Below are positions 38,764-49,903 of a DNA stretch of 64,000 bases, in pieces. The stretch lies in contig CAWHXP010000003.1 of NCBI GenBank assembly GCA_963833425.1, positions 544,001-608,000 on the forward strand, in the 5' to 3' direction. Every line of letters begins with the position of its first letter. Position 1 is the first letter of the stretch. The notes beneath the pieces are model-generated. The model ran no database searches, had not been told where the DNA came from, and was given only the letters and a program-made list of their open reading frames with translations. This DNA is from an uncultured Methanosarcinaceae archaeon. Lineage in GTDB: Archaea > Halobacteriota > Methanosarcinia > Methanosarcinales > Methanosarcinaceae. A program made the translations under genes and the position numbers.

Positions 38764-39768
38764 ATTACTAAGGATAAAAGAAAAGTTCAGTTTACTGGAA
38801 ATTCTACTTATATTGTATCTCTCCCCATCAAATGGGTAAGGGATATCGGGCTTGAAGCCGGAGACACGCTTACTCTTACACCCATGCCTAACAGAACTCT
38901 AATTGTTTCTTCCAGTGAAATCTCAAGAGAACAAGCTACTATCAAAGCAACAATCGATTATATTCACTCGGAAGGTGCGGAAAACAATCTCAGAATCCTT
39001 ATATCCCATTACCTTGCTGGATATGATAATATAAGATTGACTACCAAAAAAGGTTTTAGCGCTTATGATCGTAAGTTTATCAAGGACGCAGTGCGTCAGA
39101 AATTGATAGGTCTTGAACTTGTAGAAGAATCCAGAAATGAACTGGTTTTTCAGTGCTTGCTCAATTACAATGACCTTCCTCTTAGCCGAGTAATCAAAAA
39201 CATGTATGGCCTTGTAATCTCCATGCTCGAAGATTCTATGACTGCCCTCCAGGACCATAATTTGGAAATTGCCGAAGACGTAATCCAGAGAGATGACGAC
39301 GTAGATCGCTTTTATCTTCTTGCTGTCCGCCAGCTCAAAGCTGCAATTGAAGATATTGAACTCTCTAATAAAATAGGAATTCGGTATCCACGAGAATGTC
39401 TGGGATACAGGCTTATTACAAAAAGTATTGAGCGTATAGGAGACCACGCTGTAAAAATAGCTAGGAACGTCTTGAAAATGAGTGCAGAAATGGATACCAA
39501 TGACTCTATATTTAAAATGGCCGGGAATTCACGAAAAGTTTTCGAAAGCTCAATAAACTCAATGACAGAAGAAGACCTGCAGGCTATCAACAAAATTGTT
39601 GTGGAAGCAAAGAACGTGTCCCAGTTTGGTGTTTCTCTAGAGTCACAAGATGAGAAATATTCAAGTGCTGTTGAACTTAGTATGATCCTTGAGAGCCTAC
39701 GAAGGGTAGCCGAGTATAGCGCCGATATTGCAGAAGTTTCAATAAATATGAATGTAAAGCAGATATGA
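38764..39768 (+). CDS. AbrB-PhoU phosphate uptake regulator; the true start lies upstream of ATG 38884
   Basis: In-frame upstream RKVQFTGNSTYIVSLPIKW (AbrB domain); PhoU repeats RDDDVDRFY, IERIGDHA and LRRVAEY. Confidence 0.88.
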   Translation: MTKDKRKVQFTGNSTYIVSLPIKWVRDIGLEAGDTLTLTPMPNRTLIVSSSEISREQATIKATIDYIHSEGAENNLRILISHYLAGYDNIRLTTKKGFSAYDRKFIKDAVRQKLIGLELVEESRNELVFQCLLNYNDLPLSRVIKNMYGLVISMLEDSMTALQDHNLEIAEDVIQRDDDVDRFYLLAVRQLKAAIEDIELSNKIGIRYPRECLGYRLITKSIERIGDHAVKIARNVLKMSAEMDTNDSIFKMAGNSRKVFESSINSMTEEDLQAINKIVVEAKNVSQFGVSLESQDEKYSSAVELSMILESLRRVAEYSADIAEVSINMNVKQI

Positions 39769-40068
39769 ACCTAAAATTTCTGGTTAAGAGTATTCTATTC
39801 TATCCTGCTTAATACAACTGCATTTAAGAACCAATATTTTAATGTACTCGGATTATGTATCTGGCACTCTAAGGAATGAAAGCAGATTCGATAGTTAAAG
39901 TTTTTCGGTTCCGGTAATCTTTCAATCCTTTTAAATCTTATATTTTTCGATGGATTTTTTGATCTAATCCATCCTAGTAGCCTATTTTCAGACTTGACAA
40001 ATTTTTGAAAAATATTATTTAATTTTCAAAATGCAACCAAAGCTATTTGTTATCTAAAACCTTAAACC

Positions 40069-42873
40069 ATGTCTATGGATTTTCAGATCTTGGACGCAGA
40101 TTATGAAATCGTTAATAACAGTAGTCCTGTCATCCGCCTCTTTGGCAGGGGAGCTGACGGAAATAGTATTTGTTGCTTTGTCCCTGATTTTGAGCCTTAT
40201 TTTTATCTCAAAGCTTCTGGAGACCTGCATGACATATCAAGACTTATAGAGGATACTTTTGACCAGGTCAAAAGGGTGGAAATAGTAGAAAAATTTGAGC
40301 CTGTAGGGTACCAAAAATCAAAAAAAAAGATTCTCAGAATTACTACCCATTTGCCAAGGGATGTGGCAGAAATCAGAACTGAGATTCTTAAGATACAAGG
40401 AGTCGTGAAAGCTGAAGGCAAATGGGAAATTTATGAAAGTGATATCCTTTTCAGAAATCGTTTTTTAATTGATAGAGGTCTTGGTGGTATGGTCTGGATT
40501 TCTGCGGAAGGAAAACCTATAAACCCCACTCGACACTCCAGGACAGGTTCTGCAGGCAATTCTCTTTGTGAGAACTATGTATGTAATGCCGGAGTACTCG
40601 CATCCGAGCTGAAGAAAATCGAAAGCATGAGAATTGCTCCTCTTAAGTATCTCTCTTTTGATATAGAATGTCTGCCTCTTGATGGAGGAATGCCTTCCCC
40701 AGATTTGTCTCCTATAATCATGATCAGCTTTTCCTTCGAGCCCGCATATAAAGACCATAAAACTCTAATTTTGGTGGCAAAGACTGTAGAAGGTATGGAT
40801 GAAGATGTTGAGCCCTGTAAGAATGAAACAGAAATGCTAAATCGTTTTTTTCAAATTTTTTGCGAATACGATCCTGATATAGTTGTAGGCTATAATCACC
40901 AAGACTTCGATATCCCTTACATTACGGATAGAGTCAAAGCGCTTATTGTAAAAGGAGAGACAATCAATCCATTTGTGGGCAAGGATGGTAGCCAGATCGG
41001 GTACCGAAAGTTCGGGCTCATTACTCGAACTGAAATCAGAGGCCGGGTAGTTGTGGACGCTCTTCCTCTTGTTAGAAGAGCTTTCAGCCTGAAGCAGTAT
41101 ACTCTGAGAGCTGTTTCAAAGGAGCTTTTGAACCGTGAGAAGCTTGATGTCCCTCCCCTGGAGATGGAAGAATATTGGATCGATTCAGGAGCTAAATTCA
41201 AAAAATTTGTCGACTATGCAAGAAGAGACTCTGAACTTGCCCTTGAACTTATCCTTAAGCTTAAGCTTCTTGACAAATATATCGCTCTTGCTCGAGTAAG
41301 TGGGAGTCTTCTACAGGAGATTGTTGATGGAGGGCAAACTTCAATGGTTGAAAATCTCCTCCTAAGGGAGTTCGCTCTTAGGGATAGGGTAATTCTTCCA
41401 AAGCCTGGGGACGAACTTTCAGCTGAGAGGTACGACTTGAATTCGGGGCTAAAAGGCGGTGAAGTACTCGAGCCAAAGAAAGGTCTTCTGGAAAATGTGT
41501 TAATTCTAGATTACAAATCGCTTTACCCAACTATTATGATGGCACATAACCTCTGCTACACCACCGTAGTTACAGGAGACAGGCCTGATGGTAAAATCAT
41601 CCAGTCTCCCTCGGGAGGAGAATTTGTGTCTCCTGAGGTCAGTAGGGGGATCATACCTTCAATTCTCGAAGACCTGCTTAACCAGAGGATTGAGACAAAG
41701 AATAAAATGAAAGAGGTATCTAATGAGCATGATTATGAAGTACTTGACGCTACTCAGCTTGCCCTGAAAATCCTCCTCAACAGTTTCTATGGATATTCTG
41801 GATATGCTAGGGCAAGGTTATATAGTTTAACTCTCGCGAATGCAGTAACCAGTTTCGGAAGAAGTAACATACTCAACACTCGGGATATTATTAATAATTC
41901 TATAGGTAAAATAGTACTCATGGACACAACAGCACTACTTCTTAATGAAGCCGGAAAACTTTCTCCTTCAGATAGAGTAGTAGAACTGTCAGTTGCCTAT
42001 GGGGATACAGATAGCGTTTTTGTGCAATGCACGTCTAATGGAGCCCTTTCTCTTGAAGAGGTTAGTCTTGTTGGGAACAGACTTTCAGATATCGTTTCTG
42101 CATCTCTGCCTGACCCTATGGAGCTAGAATTTGAATCTATTGCAAAAAGAGCTCTCCTTATCGCAAAAAAGCGCTATGCTCTCTGGCTTTTTGAGCCAAC
42201 GAATTCTGGTTGGTCGGATCACATCAAAGTTAAGGGTATGGAAACTGTCCGCAGGGACTGGTGCGAACTTACATCCATGACACTTAACAGGGTTCTTGAA
42301 CTTGTACTTATAGCAGGTGATGTTGATAGAGCTGTAGAACACGTCCGTAAGGTAGTCAGCGAGATCAGGAATCTTGACCCAAGAAGAGATTCGAAAACTA
42401 TTGAATATCTTGTGCTTACCAGGACACTTACAAGAAAAAAAGACAGCTACAAAAATAAACAACCACATCTAACTGTTGCAGAAAACCTAATGAAACGGAC
42501 TGGTGTCATGCCTTCGATAGGGACAAGGATTCCTTTTGTCATTATCGCAGGAAAAGGCCTTTTCGTAGATCGGGCTGAGGATCCAGAGTATGTAAGGGAG
42601 CACAATGTGCCTATAGATGTAGATTATTATATAAAAAAGCAAATTTTACCCCCTGTAGACCGCATTTTTGAGGTATTTGGAACAAAGAAACAGTCACTTG
42701 ACTATGATTCTAGACAAAAAGGGATTTTTGATTTTGAGGCGAAGAAATCTGAAGTAAAAAAACCGGAAAAGGAAAAATATTCCTCTAAAAAGGAGAGTGA
42801 TATGAAAACTCTGGAAAAAAGTAAATGTTTGGAGAATGGATATTTAGACCAGAGTTCCCTATTCGATTTTTAA
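40069..42873 (+). CDS. polB: Family B DNA polymerase
   Basis: FDIEC, YNHQDFD, DYKSLYP, KILLNSFYG, YGDTDS and KKRY motifs; C-terminal PIP box; no intein. Confidence 0.97.
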   Translation: MSMDFQILDADYEIVNNSSPVIRLFGRGADGNSICCFVPDFEPYFYLKASGDLHDISRLIEDTFDQVKRVEIVEKFEPVGYQKSKKKILRITTHLPRDVAEIRTEILKIQGVVKAEGKWEIYESDILFRNRFLIDRGLGGMVWISAEGKPINPTRHSRTGSAGNSLCENYVCNAGVLASELKKIESMRIAPLKYLSFDIECLPLDGGMPSPDLSPIIMISFSFEPAYKDHKTLILVAKTVEGMDEDVEPCKNETEMLNRFFQIFCEYDPDIVVGYNHQDFDIPYITDRVKALIVKGETINPFVGKDGSQIGYRKFGLITRTEIRGRVVVDALPLVRRAFSLKQYTLRAVSKELLNREKLDVPPLEMEEYWIDSGAKFKKFVDYARRDSELALELILKLKLLDKYIALARVSGSLLQEIVDGGQTSMVENLLLREFALRDRVILPKPGDELSAERYDLNSGLKGGEVLEPKKGLLENVLILDYKSLYPTIMMAHNLCYTTVVTGDRPDGKIIQSPSGGEFVSPEVSRGIIPSILEDLLNQRIETKNKMKEVSNEHDYEVLDATQLALKILLNSFYGYSGYARARLYSLTLANAVTSFGRSNILNTRDIINNSIGKIVLMDTTALLLNEAGKLSPSDRVVELSVAYGDTDSVFVQCTSNGALSLEEVSLVGNRLSDIVSASLPDPMELEFESIAKRALLIAKKRYALWLFEPTNSGWSDHIKVKGMETVRRDWCELTSMTLNRVLELVLIAGDVDRAVEHVRKVVSEIRNLDPRRDSKTIEYLVLTRTLTRKKDSYKNKQPHLTVAENLMKRTGVMPSIGTRIPFVIIAGKGLFVDRAEDPEYVREHNVPIDVDYYIKKQILPPVDRIFEVFGTKKQSLDYDSRQKGIFDFEAKKSEVKKPEKEKYSSKKESDMKTLEKSKCLENGYLDQSSLFDF

Positions 42874-43189
42874 GTTTATACTGCTGGTTTAATTACCTAA
42901 ACTCCAGCTTTGGTAAAATAAGATCATTAGCCTTTCTATTGAAAATTTGCAGGGCAAATTTTTTGGAGTGCTTTTAAATTATTGCGGCCATTGAAATTGT
43001 TTTCCCATTTGAGTATGGGTTGTCAATTAAACGTTTTTAGAAATTTCAAATAATTATCAATAGATTCATTTTTGGTCTTTGGGCTAATCGCGATCGAATT
43101 TTGGCAGTATCCACTAATCGCTAATGAAAAAATATCCTTCATTTAGCTAAGTTGATTTGGAAAAAATTATTTTAATAGAAAAAGCTCAC

Positions 43190-44200
43190 ACTTCTCCCAT
43201 AAAAGAATTCCCATTTTTATTACAATTAAACTACCAATATTGTCAAATTTAGCAAAAATTTACTTTCTGAGTTTTATTTATGAAGTTGATTGTAAGTTTC
43301 AAGTCCTTCATTCTTTTATGAATTTTGTAGACCCTTGTTTAATCTCCGCGAATTCGTATATCATTAGTTAGTATGTGTAGTAAAGCCAAGAGAATAGCTC
43401 CACAAACACTATTTTATGACCCCATTCTTAATGGTTTAAACGAATTTTTAATCAGTTGAATACCTCCTTAGTATAATCCTTTTTTATATATTCCAGATAC
43501 TTTCACAAGATCAAATATTCATTTGATTGTAGACAAAAAAATTATTCTCTTCAATTTATTATCGAATATTTATGGAATTCAATTACCTCTAATAACTAAT
43601 TTTTTCAAGCGAGTCCTGAAAGAGTAAGCAATTTAGATAACTCACTTTGAGTCTAAATTTCTTGGAAAGCCCTTTATGAGTCATGATCACTACCTTGACC
43701 CCTTTTGCCTTATATAATTTTTTCATAAAAGTTCTTGCTTTTGATTTCAACTTCTTCTATAAATATTCTGAAAACTAAAAAAGTTAATTGATGCTTAACT
43801 TGATGATTTTAGCCCCATCTATCCATTTTTCGGAATCTACATGTTTAACTTTTTCTTGTCAGATATTTCAATTATCTTAGAGAATTCATACAAACTTCTA
43901 ATATTCACGAGTTATTTTATATATCATATATAGACATATATATAAAATTAAGAAGGTTAGTTGAATCCTTTATATCATCACTTGCACTCAGTTTCATGAA
44001 AATAGAGACTCAATACTTTCGTTTTACAAAAGTTCAACATTATATGCGTACTAGCTCCTTTGGTAAAAAAATGATAAGTAGATTTTTTTGAGCCAATTTT
44101 TCACCTAATTATAGGTGCTCAAAAAAATGCTGTAGGTAAAGAACGTTCCATCTATTCACTATTAACCCTGATAGGTATATTTATGGGATTCTTGATAAAA
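43190..44200 (-). mobile_element. Degenerate IS1634-like transposase remnant, interrupted by a MITE at about 43880-43970
   Basis: Minus-strand fragments PINIPI, FFCLQSNE, FKPLR and YEFAEIKQGSTKFIK. Confidence 0.55.
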
Positions 44201-44249
44201 GGATTGAAAAAGACAAAATTCACATGATAGGAACGTACATATTCTTGCG

Positions 44250-44480
44250 AGGATTTTGATTTACTTCCAATTTTTTTCTTCGCGGTAACGCTTTCAAATC
44301 TTTTTCGTCAATTCCTGTATTTGACCCTCTCTTTTTCTTTTCTTGTCATAATTCTTTGTTTTTAAAGTAGCTCCCACTATTCTTAAAATATTTTTTTATT
44401 TTCAATTTAATAAAATTGTAGAGATTGTAACAAAAATCCTGCACAACGTTTTCAAGTTCACTGTTTGAAAGATATTTACA
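44250..44480 (-). mobile_element. IS5 3'-end remnant
   Basis: Similar to 34235-34450 (ttgttacaatctc..., aagaatagtgggagcta); IR-like gaggattttgat at 44250. Confidence 0.5.
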
Positions 44481-44620
44481 AGAACCTTTCCTTATTTAGA
44501 TATCTCTCTAGTTATTTCATAAATTAGTTTTTATGGGGCTTTTTTCATCTAATTTTTACCCAGTTATATTTGTTCATATCTATAATATTCAAGTAGTATG
44601 GAAAGAAACCTTTTATCAGA

Positions 44621-45322
44621 TCAAACTTCACTCCTTTTATTAACTTTTGATTCTTCGTCACCTGGTAAAAACTTTCTCGCTACAACATAAATTTCTTGTT
44701 TTTCCGAATCAATGATTTTTTGAATTTCAAGTCCCAAGTTTTTCATTTTGTTCAGGATGGGTTTAAGATTTTTCTGTTTAGAACTCTTGATTACATGAAG
44801 CAATTTCCCATTTCCTCTAAGCAGGGGCAATACTCGAGAAAGCACCTTAATAGAGTCCTCAGGCTCTATTGTTATGTCAAAAAGAATAACATCAACCAAT
44901 TCATTTGAGAGTAAATTAAGGGGTACAGTGAAGATATCTCCAAACATTACATCAACATTTTCCCTTTCATACGTTATATTTCTAAGTTCTCTTCTAAAGC
45001 ATTGACTGAATTCGATTCCTTTTACACGACCTGCAATCTCAGACGCAAAAAGAAGAAATCCGCCTGCACTTGATCCAAGGTCAAGAACTATGTCACCCGG
45101 ATCTAGAATACCACTTTTTTCCTGAACAAGCTTGAGCTTGAAATATCCCTTTGGATGGTCCAGACCCTCAGCAACTTCAATAATATCGTCAGCAGATACA
45201 TCTCTTGATATTTTCGTTACCTTTAAGCCATTAACTTTAACATTTCCTTCAAGAATAGCAAGCTTGGATCGCCCTCTTGACTTAAAATGGCCCGATTCTA
45301 CAAGGTATGCGTCTAGTCTCAT
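44621..45322 (-). CDS. S4-domain + FtsJ-like RNA methyltransferase (TlyA-like)
   Basis: MRLDAYLV...SR S4 domain; LDLGSSAGGF SAM-binding motif. Confidence 0.88.
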   Translation of the reverse strand: MRLDAYLVESGHFKSRGRSKLAILEGNVKVNGLKVTKISRDVSADDIIEVAEGLDHPKGYFKLKLVQEKSGILDPGDIVLDLGSSAGGFLLFASEIAGRVKGIEFSQCFRRELRNITYERENVDVMFGDIFTVPLNLLSNELVDVILFDITIEPEDSIKVLSRVLPLLRGNGKLLHVIKSSKQKNLKPILNKMKNLGLEIQKIIDSEKQEIYVVARKFLPGDEESKVNKRSEV

Positions 45323-46118
45323 GGAACATTGTATCGAAAGATCTTGTATATATAGATAGCAAGCATGTAGTTATGGAAAAGAGAGAAAGGAAAATGTAGG
45401 AAATAATTAGCAGAAGAGGACATACTTCCAAAAGTAGTTCGGTTCAGAAAAACTATAAGTATTTTCTGGTATTCCTTTGGTAAGAAGAAAAATTCTCTTC
45501 GCTGTTCTGTGAGAGGCGGGAATTAACTTTTGAATTTATATGGACGAGGGACAAAATAATTTATATGCGAGCTTGTGACGATTATTGAGGCTATAGATAG
45601 TTAAGTATTTATTGATGTTTTTTACAGTTCAGCTTTGTAAGCCATAATTACATGACTTGCAGTGAGATTTACCAAGCTGGCCAGCCTACAAAACTATTTT
45701 CTTCGTGTACTTATGCACGCTCAACATTCAGATAATCGTTTTGAGATGACAAATGTAATACGGTTTTGCAGCTGATTTCATGATTGAGGATTCTGGAAGT
45801 GCAGTTGCAGACAATAAAATCGTGCTGATTAATACAAAGAATATTCCAATATCATTTCCATTAACACACAATCTTTCGAGTATTATTTTGATAGTATCAC
45901 TGAATGATAGTCTAAGTTCCAAAATCAACTGTTTTTTTAATTTCATATTTTATTGTTCCAATATCAGAAACTAACATTAAAATTTTCATATAACTATTAT
46001 TTTTCCATAAGTATAATTACAAATTTCTTCCCCAAAAGTTCCGACCTCTAGTAAAGATGTTTTTATAAGATTCAGACAGGAAATATTGTCATCATCATAG
46101 TTCTCCATATATACATTT

Positions 46119-47129
46119 TTAATTATGGGTGACTGCAACTCCTACCGGCCTTCTCCCTACATGCACTGTGGATGTAACCATGTTTGTTGCTGTATCTATT
46201 ACAGAAACAGTAGCTTCTCCAGCATTTGCGACGTATACCTTTGTCCCGTCTGGATCCACTGCAACTCCAAGAGGAAAGTTTCCCACCTTCACTGTGGATG
46301 TAACCTTATTTGTTACAATGTTAATCACAGAAACATTTTGGCTGAAGAAGTTGGCCACGAATACCTTTTTTCCATCTGGACCCACGGCAACTCCCTTTGG
46401 TTCATTCCCGACCTTCACCGTAGATACAACCTTATTTGTGTTTGTATCAATTACAGAAACAGTACCTGTAGTATTGTAGATGTTTGAATTCGTCACGTAT
46501 ACTTTTGTTCCATCAGGGACGATTGCAACTCCCGAAGGTTTTTGGCCGACATCTACGGTGGCTGTAATTTTGTTTGTACCTGTATCAATTATAGATACGT
46601 TGTTGCTACCGTGGTTCACCACATATACTTTTGTTACTGCTGGGTTAACTGCAACTCCAAAAGGATTGGTGCCTACTTTCACTGTAGCTGTAACTTTGTT
46701 TACGTTTGTATCAATCACAGAGACAGTATTATCACCGCTGTTCGCTACATATACTTTTGTTCCATCATAAGTAGTAGCAACTCCCCTAGGATGGATTCCT
46801 ACGGGCACCACGCCTATAGAATTGTTAATATTTGCCGTATGAATTACAAAAACGGCGTTTTCGATGGGATTTGTAAAATATACCTTTGTTCCATCAGGGA
46901 TGATTGCAACTTCGAAGGGAAAGTGAGGAGATTCTAAATTTGCCGTAGCTGTAATTTTGTTTGTGGATGTGTTAATTACAGAGACTGTATTGCTGCCAGA
47001 GTTCGTAATATAAGCAAATGGCAATGCGCCTGAGGTACTCATTAGTATTAAAAGCACCAGCACTGCTGTTCCTAAAATTTTTATAAGGAGATGTCCTTTG
47101 TGTATTTTATCCCATCTCATTTTTTTCAT
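46119..47129 (-). CDS. Secreted YVTN-repeat beta-propeller protein
   Basis: Signal peptide, then about 7 repeats of PDGTKVYVxN...VSVIDT. Confidence 0.92.
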   Translation of the reverse strand: MKKMRWDKIHKGHLLIKILGTAVLVLLILMSTSGALPFAYITNSGSNTVSVINTSTNKITATANLESPHFPFEVAIIPDGTKVYFTNPIENAVFVIHTANINNSIGVVPVGIHPRGVATTYDGTKVYVANSGDNTVSVIDTNVNKVTATVKVGTNPFGVAVNPAVTKVYVVNHGSNNVSIIDTGTNKITATVDVGQKPSGVAIVPDGTKVYVTNSNIYNTTGTVSVIDTNTNKVVSTVKVGNEPKGVAVGPDGKKVFVANFFSQNVSVINIVTNKVTSTVKVGNFPLGVAVDPDGTKVYVANAGEATVSVIDTATNMVTSTVHVGRRPVGVAVTHN

Positions 47130-47307
47130 TTTTAAACCTCAGCACATAGATTTCTATTCAATAATGTAAAAAATGTATCATTGTGTATTAATGATCTAAG
47201 ATCACTGTCTGCCTATGTACACAAGAATGAACAGTATTGTAAATTTGATGTAAATTCGAAGTCAAATTTTTGTTTGCTGACTTTAATTGAGTCTTTTGTC
47301 CTAGCAT

Positions 47308-48346
47308 CTATTGGCAGCAATCGGGAATCGCATGAAGATTTAGTCTTAAATATTTTGCTCTTCATTAAGTACACCCTCTCAAAAGTCCACAAAAATGCCA
47401 TTAAACAATCGATAAATGAATTCTGCATATATGTAAATTCATAGGCTGCGCAAAGAAAGCTGTAAGTCGGTACGAAAAATATAAACATTGGAGTGAAAAT
47501 ATCTGAAATTTACATTCTATAAACTCGGTTCAGGAAATTTAAATATAGAATTGACCCCTAAAATTATTTCACTCTAAATGAGCTGATATATCATAACTCA
47601 AAATTTATTTATCGAATCTTATATTCCGAATAATCAATCGAATCATGATCATGAAAACAGTTCGGAAAGTTTTTAAGATTACGTGATTAATAGTTCTGGA
47701 GGATCTGCTTGCTTGTAAGTATCTTTCACTTATTGTGTTACCTATTATATTGTGGGATGAAATAGGTTTTAGCTTCAAATAAAACACATATACAAGCAAA
47801 CAATATCCCATTTCCTTGTGATACTATTTATATTTATCTTAAATTGTAACTTTGTTTCAAAATACATTTTCAGACTGAACTATGCAACGAATTTCAAGAT
47901 TTCCAAGGAAGTTAATGTTGGGTAAGAAATATGCAGTTCTGCATTAACCAAAGGATTTTACAGAAATTCTGATCAAAATAATAAAGCTCTTCTTTATTTT
48001 GAGTGAACAATTTAAAATCATTTTTTAAACGTGATATAACACAAAAAAAATAATTGAAAACATTCTGTGCGAAAAATAGATTCTGAATCGGTAATTTGTC
48101 TTTGGTTTAGCCACTTTAAGTAAAAAATTATTTTCAACCCACGCAAAACATCGAAGAGCAATCTCATGTATGCATATCACCAGGTTATCCGCAGTAAACT
48201 ATGCATTTGCCTTTTTACTTGTTACATATCCGGCTGCAAGCTTAATCTTCTTTGAAATAGCTTTTAAATAAAACTTTGATTTTCACGAATTTATTATATA
48301 CAATTTATGAGCATGCGACTGAATTTAAGAATTTGTCGAAATCCTC
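47308..48346. repeat. Copy 1 of a diverged ~1-kb direct duplication, ending in a MITE
   Basis: Shares blocks such as ctcaaaagtccacaaaa, ctataaactcggttcaggaa and ttcactctaaatgagctgat with 49890-50961. Confidence 0.85.
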
Positions 48347-49110
48347 TATAGGCCTAGTTTCTCTAGATATAGTTATCTACGCTAGCTTCTGAAAGGTCGC
48401 TCTGATATTCTAGAAACTGCTCTCTAGTGATTTAGTTTTTCTAAGATTAGCTCTCTCATTGTTTGCCCACACAAGGTAAGCTCCTTTAAAGTTGGCTCCA
48501 TGAAAATTAGCTTTTATCAAATAGGCTGCTTTTAAATTAGCTTCTCTAAGATTAGCTCCTTAAAGTAATAGAATTAGAAAATAACATGACAAATAAAAAA
48601 AGATTAGAAATTACTATATTCAATAAAAGTTAAAACTATCATCTTTAACAGAAGTCTTACGCTTTTAATATTTTCTTCAATCGTTAATATATAAAAGATA
48701 GCAACTTTTTAACTCGTAACGCCGCTACACTGCAATTATTTTATGTTCTTGCCATTATAGGTGACAATTATGGGCCTCTGAAAAGGTGAAGGGTTTATCT
48801 TATAAATAAACAAGCATGTTCTTTCTGAATGAATCAAGAATTTCTTCGTATAATTCCGCATTAGAGAGTGTTTTTACTTTAGATAGCAGTTCAATTGTTA
48901 ATTTGTGAACACCTTTAAGGTGAGCCTCTTCAAGATTATACATCATGAGGGGGTTACCCCCCACAAGATTACCTTTTCAAAGTGAGCATCTCTAAGACCA
49001 AAGGTTAGCCTGGAAGATTAGCTTCTTCAAGGTTAGCTACCTTAAGATCAACCCCTTTAAAGTTAGCCTTCTCAAGACTAACTTCTGTAAGATCAATAAT
49101 TAAATAACTT
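48347..49110 (-). pseudogene. Pentapeptide-repeat protein fragments
   Basis: ANLREANLKAAYLIKANFHGANFKGAYL and ANFKGVDLKVANLEEANL-type repeats at about 48350-48565 and 48905-49110. Confidence 0.7.
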
Positions 49111-49164
49111 CTTCATTTACCACGAATTTTTGTCCTTTAACAATTGTGAAATAAAACAAACACT

Positions 49165-49450
49165 ATCGTCTGATGGGTGACGCTAAGTATCACTGCAATC
49201 GCTGTGTAGATACCTGTAGCTGCGGAAAGAAAGTTGTGGACTGTAAGCCCAGCCATCTGGGTAAAATAACTTGCTGCCGTTTCACCACTGTAGATCTGCC
49301 AGTTTGTATTAGTGACAAAGCTAGATGCGGTGTTGATGGCAAAACTTATATTAAAAGCCCCGAATTTTTGTGGGTTAAGAGGCAGAGAATCTTGAAAAAG
49401 AAGAATTACAGGAGAACTACAAAACCTATACCATTAAATATGAGCATATC
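49165..49450 (-). pseudogene. Duplicated internal fragment of kdpA
   Basis: Reverse complement is nearly identical to 51744-52030 ([13 protein letters not shown] region). Confidence 0.9.
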
Positions 49451-49529
49451 CCCTAGTAGCTCCGCTATCAATCTGTTTATCAAAATCATGGAATGTGCGG
49501 CCCATATGCGATATTGTCACGAAGACTTT

Positions 49530-49799
49530 TCATCCACCGTTTTTCAACGCCTTCATTAGCTCGCTTTTTATAAGATTCTGCAAATACACATCATCACAGC
49601 AACCTTTTGCAAGCTTTTCGTCCTTCAAGCATATGTTGACTATTTTACTGTGTGTATTTTCATCTATGCATGCAATCTCGAGGAGCACAAGAACTGTAGC
49701 AATTGCCAGTCCTATCTCTTTCATGAGATCGGTATCTCGTTTCACTTGTCCTACTAATTCGTCAAGTTCAGGATCTATGTTAAAATCCAATTCATCCAT
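49530..49799 (-). CDS. Hypothetical 89-aa protein (MDELDFNIDPEL...)
   Basis: Open frame with a purine-rich RBS-like gaggagagaggg before ATG 49799. Confidence 0.45.
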   Translation of the reverse strand: MDELDFNIDPELDELVGQVKRDTDLMKEIGLAIATVLVLLEIACIDENTHSKIVNICLKDEKLAKGCCDDVYLQNLIKSELMKALKNGG

Positions 49800-49815
49800 A
49801 CCCTCTCTCCTCTGT

Positions 49816-49903
49816 TGAATCAAGTACAAATTTTTAGTTCGAAACCACAGTTCACAGCTATTGATTAGTTTGAAATTTTATTCTATTGCCTATAAACGGC
49901 AAT
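49816..49903. repeat. Left arm of an ~88-bp inverted repeat
   Basis: Reverse complement of 51317-51405 with few mismatches. Confidence 0.9.

Noticed and set aside
40069..42873. Intein in PolB
   Set aside because: Polymerase motifs are contiguous and no splicing motifs are seen
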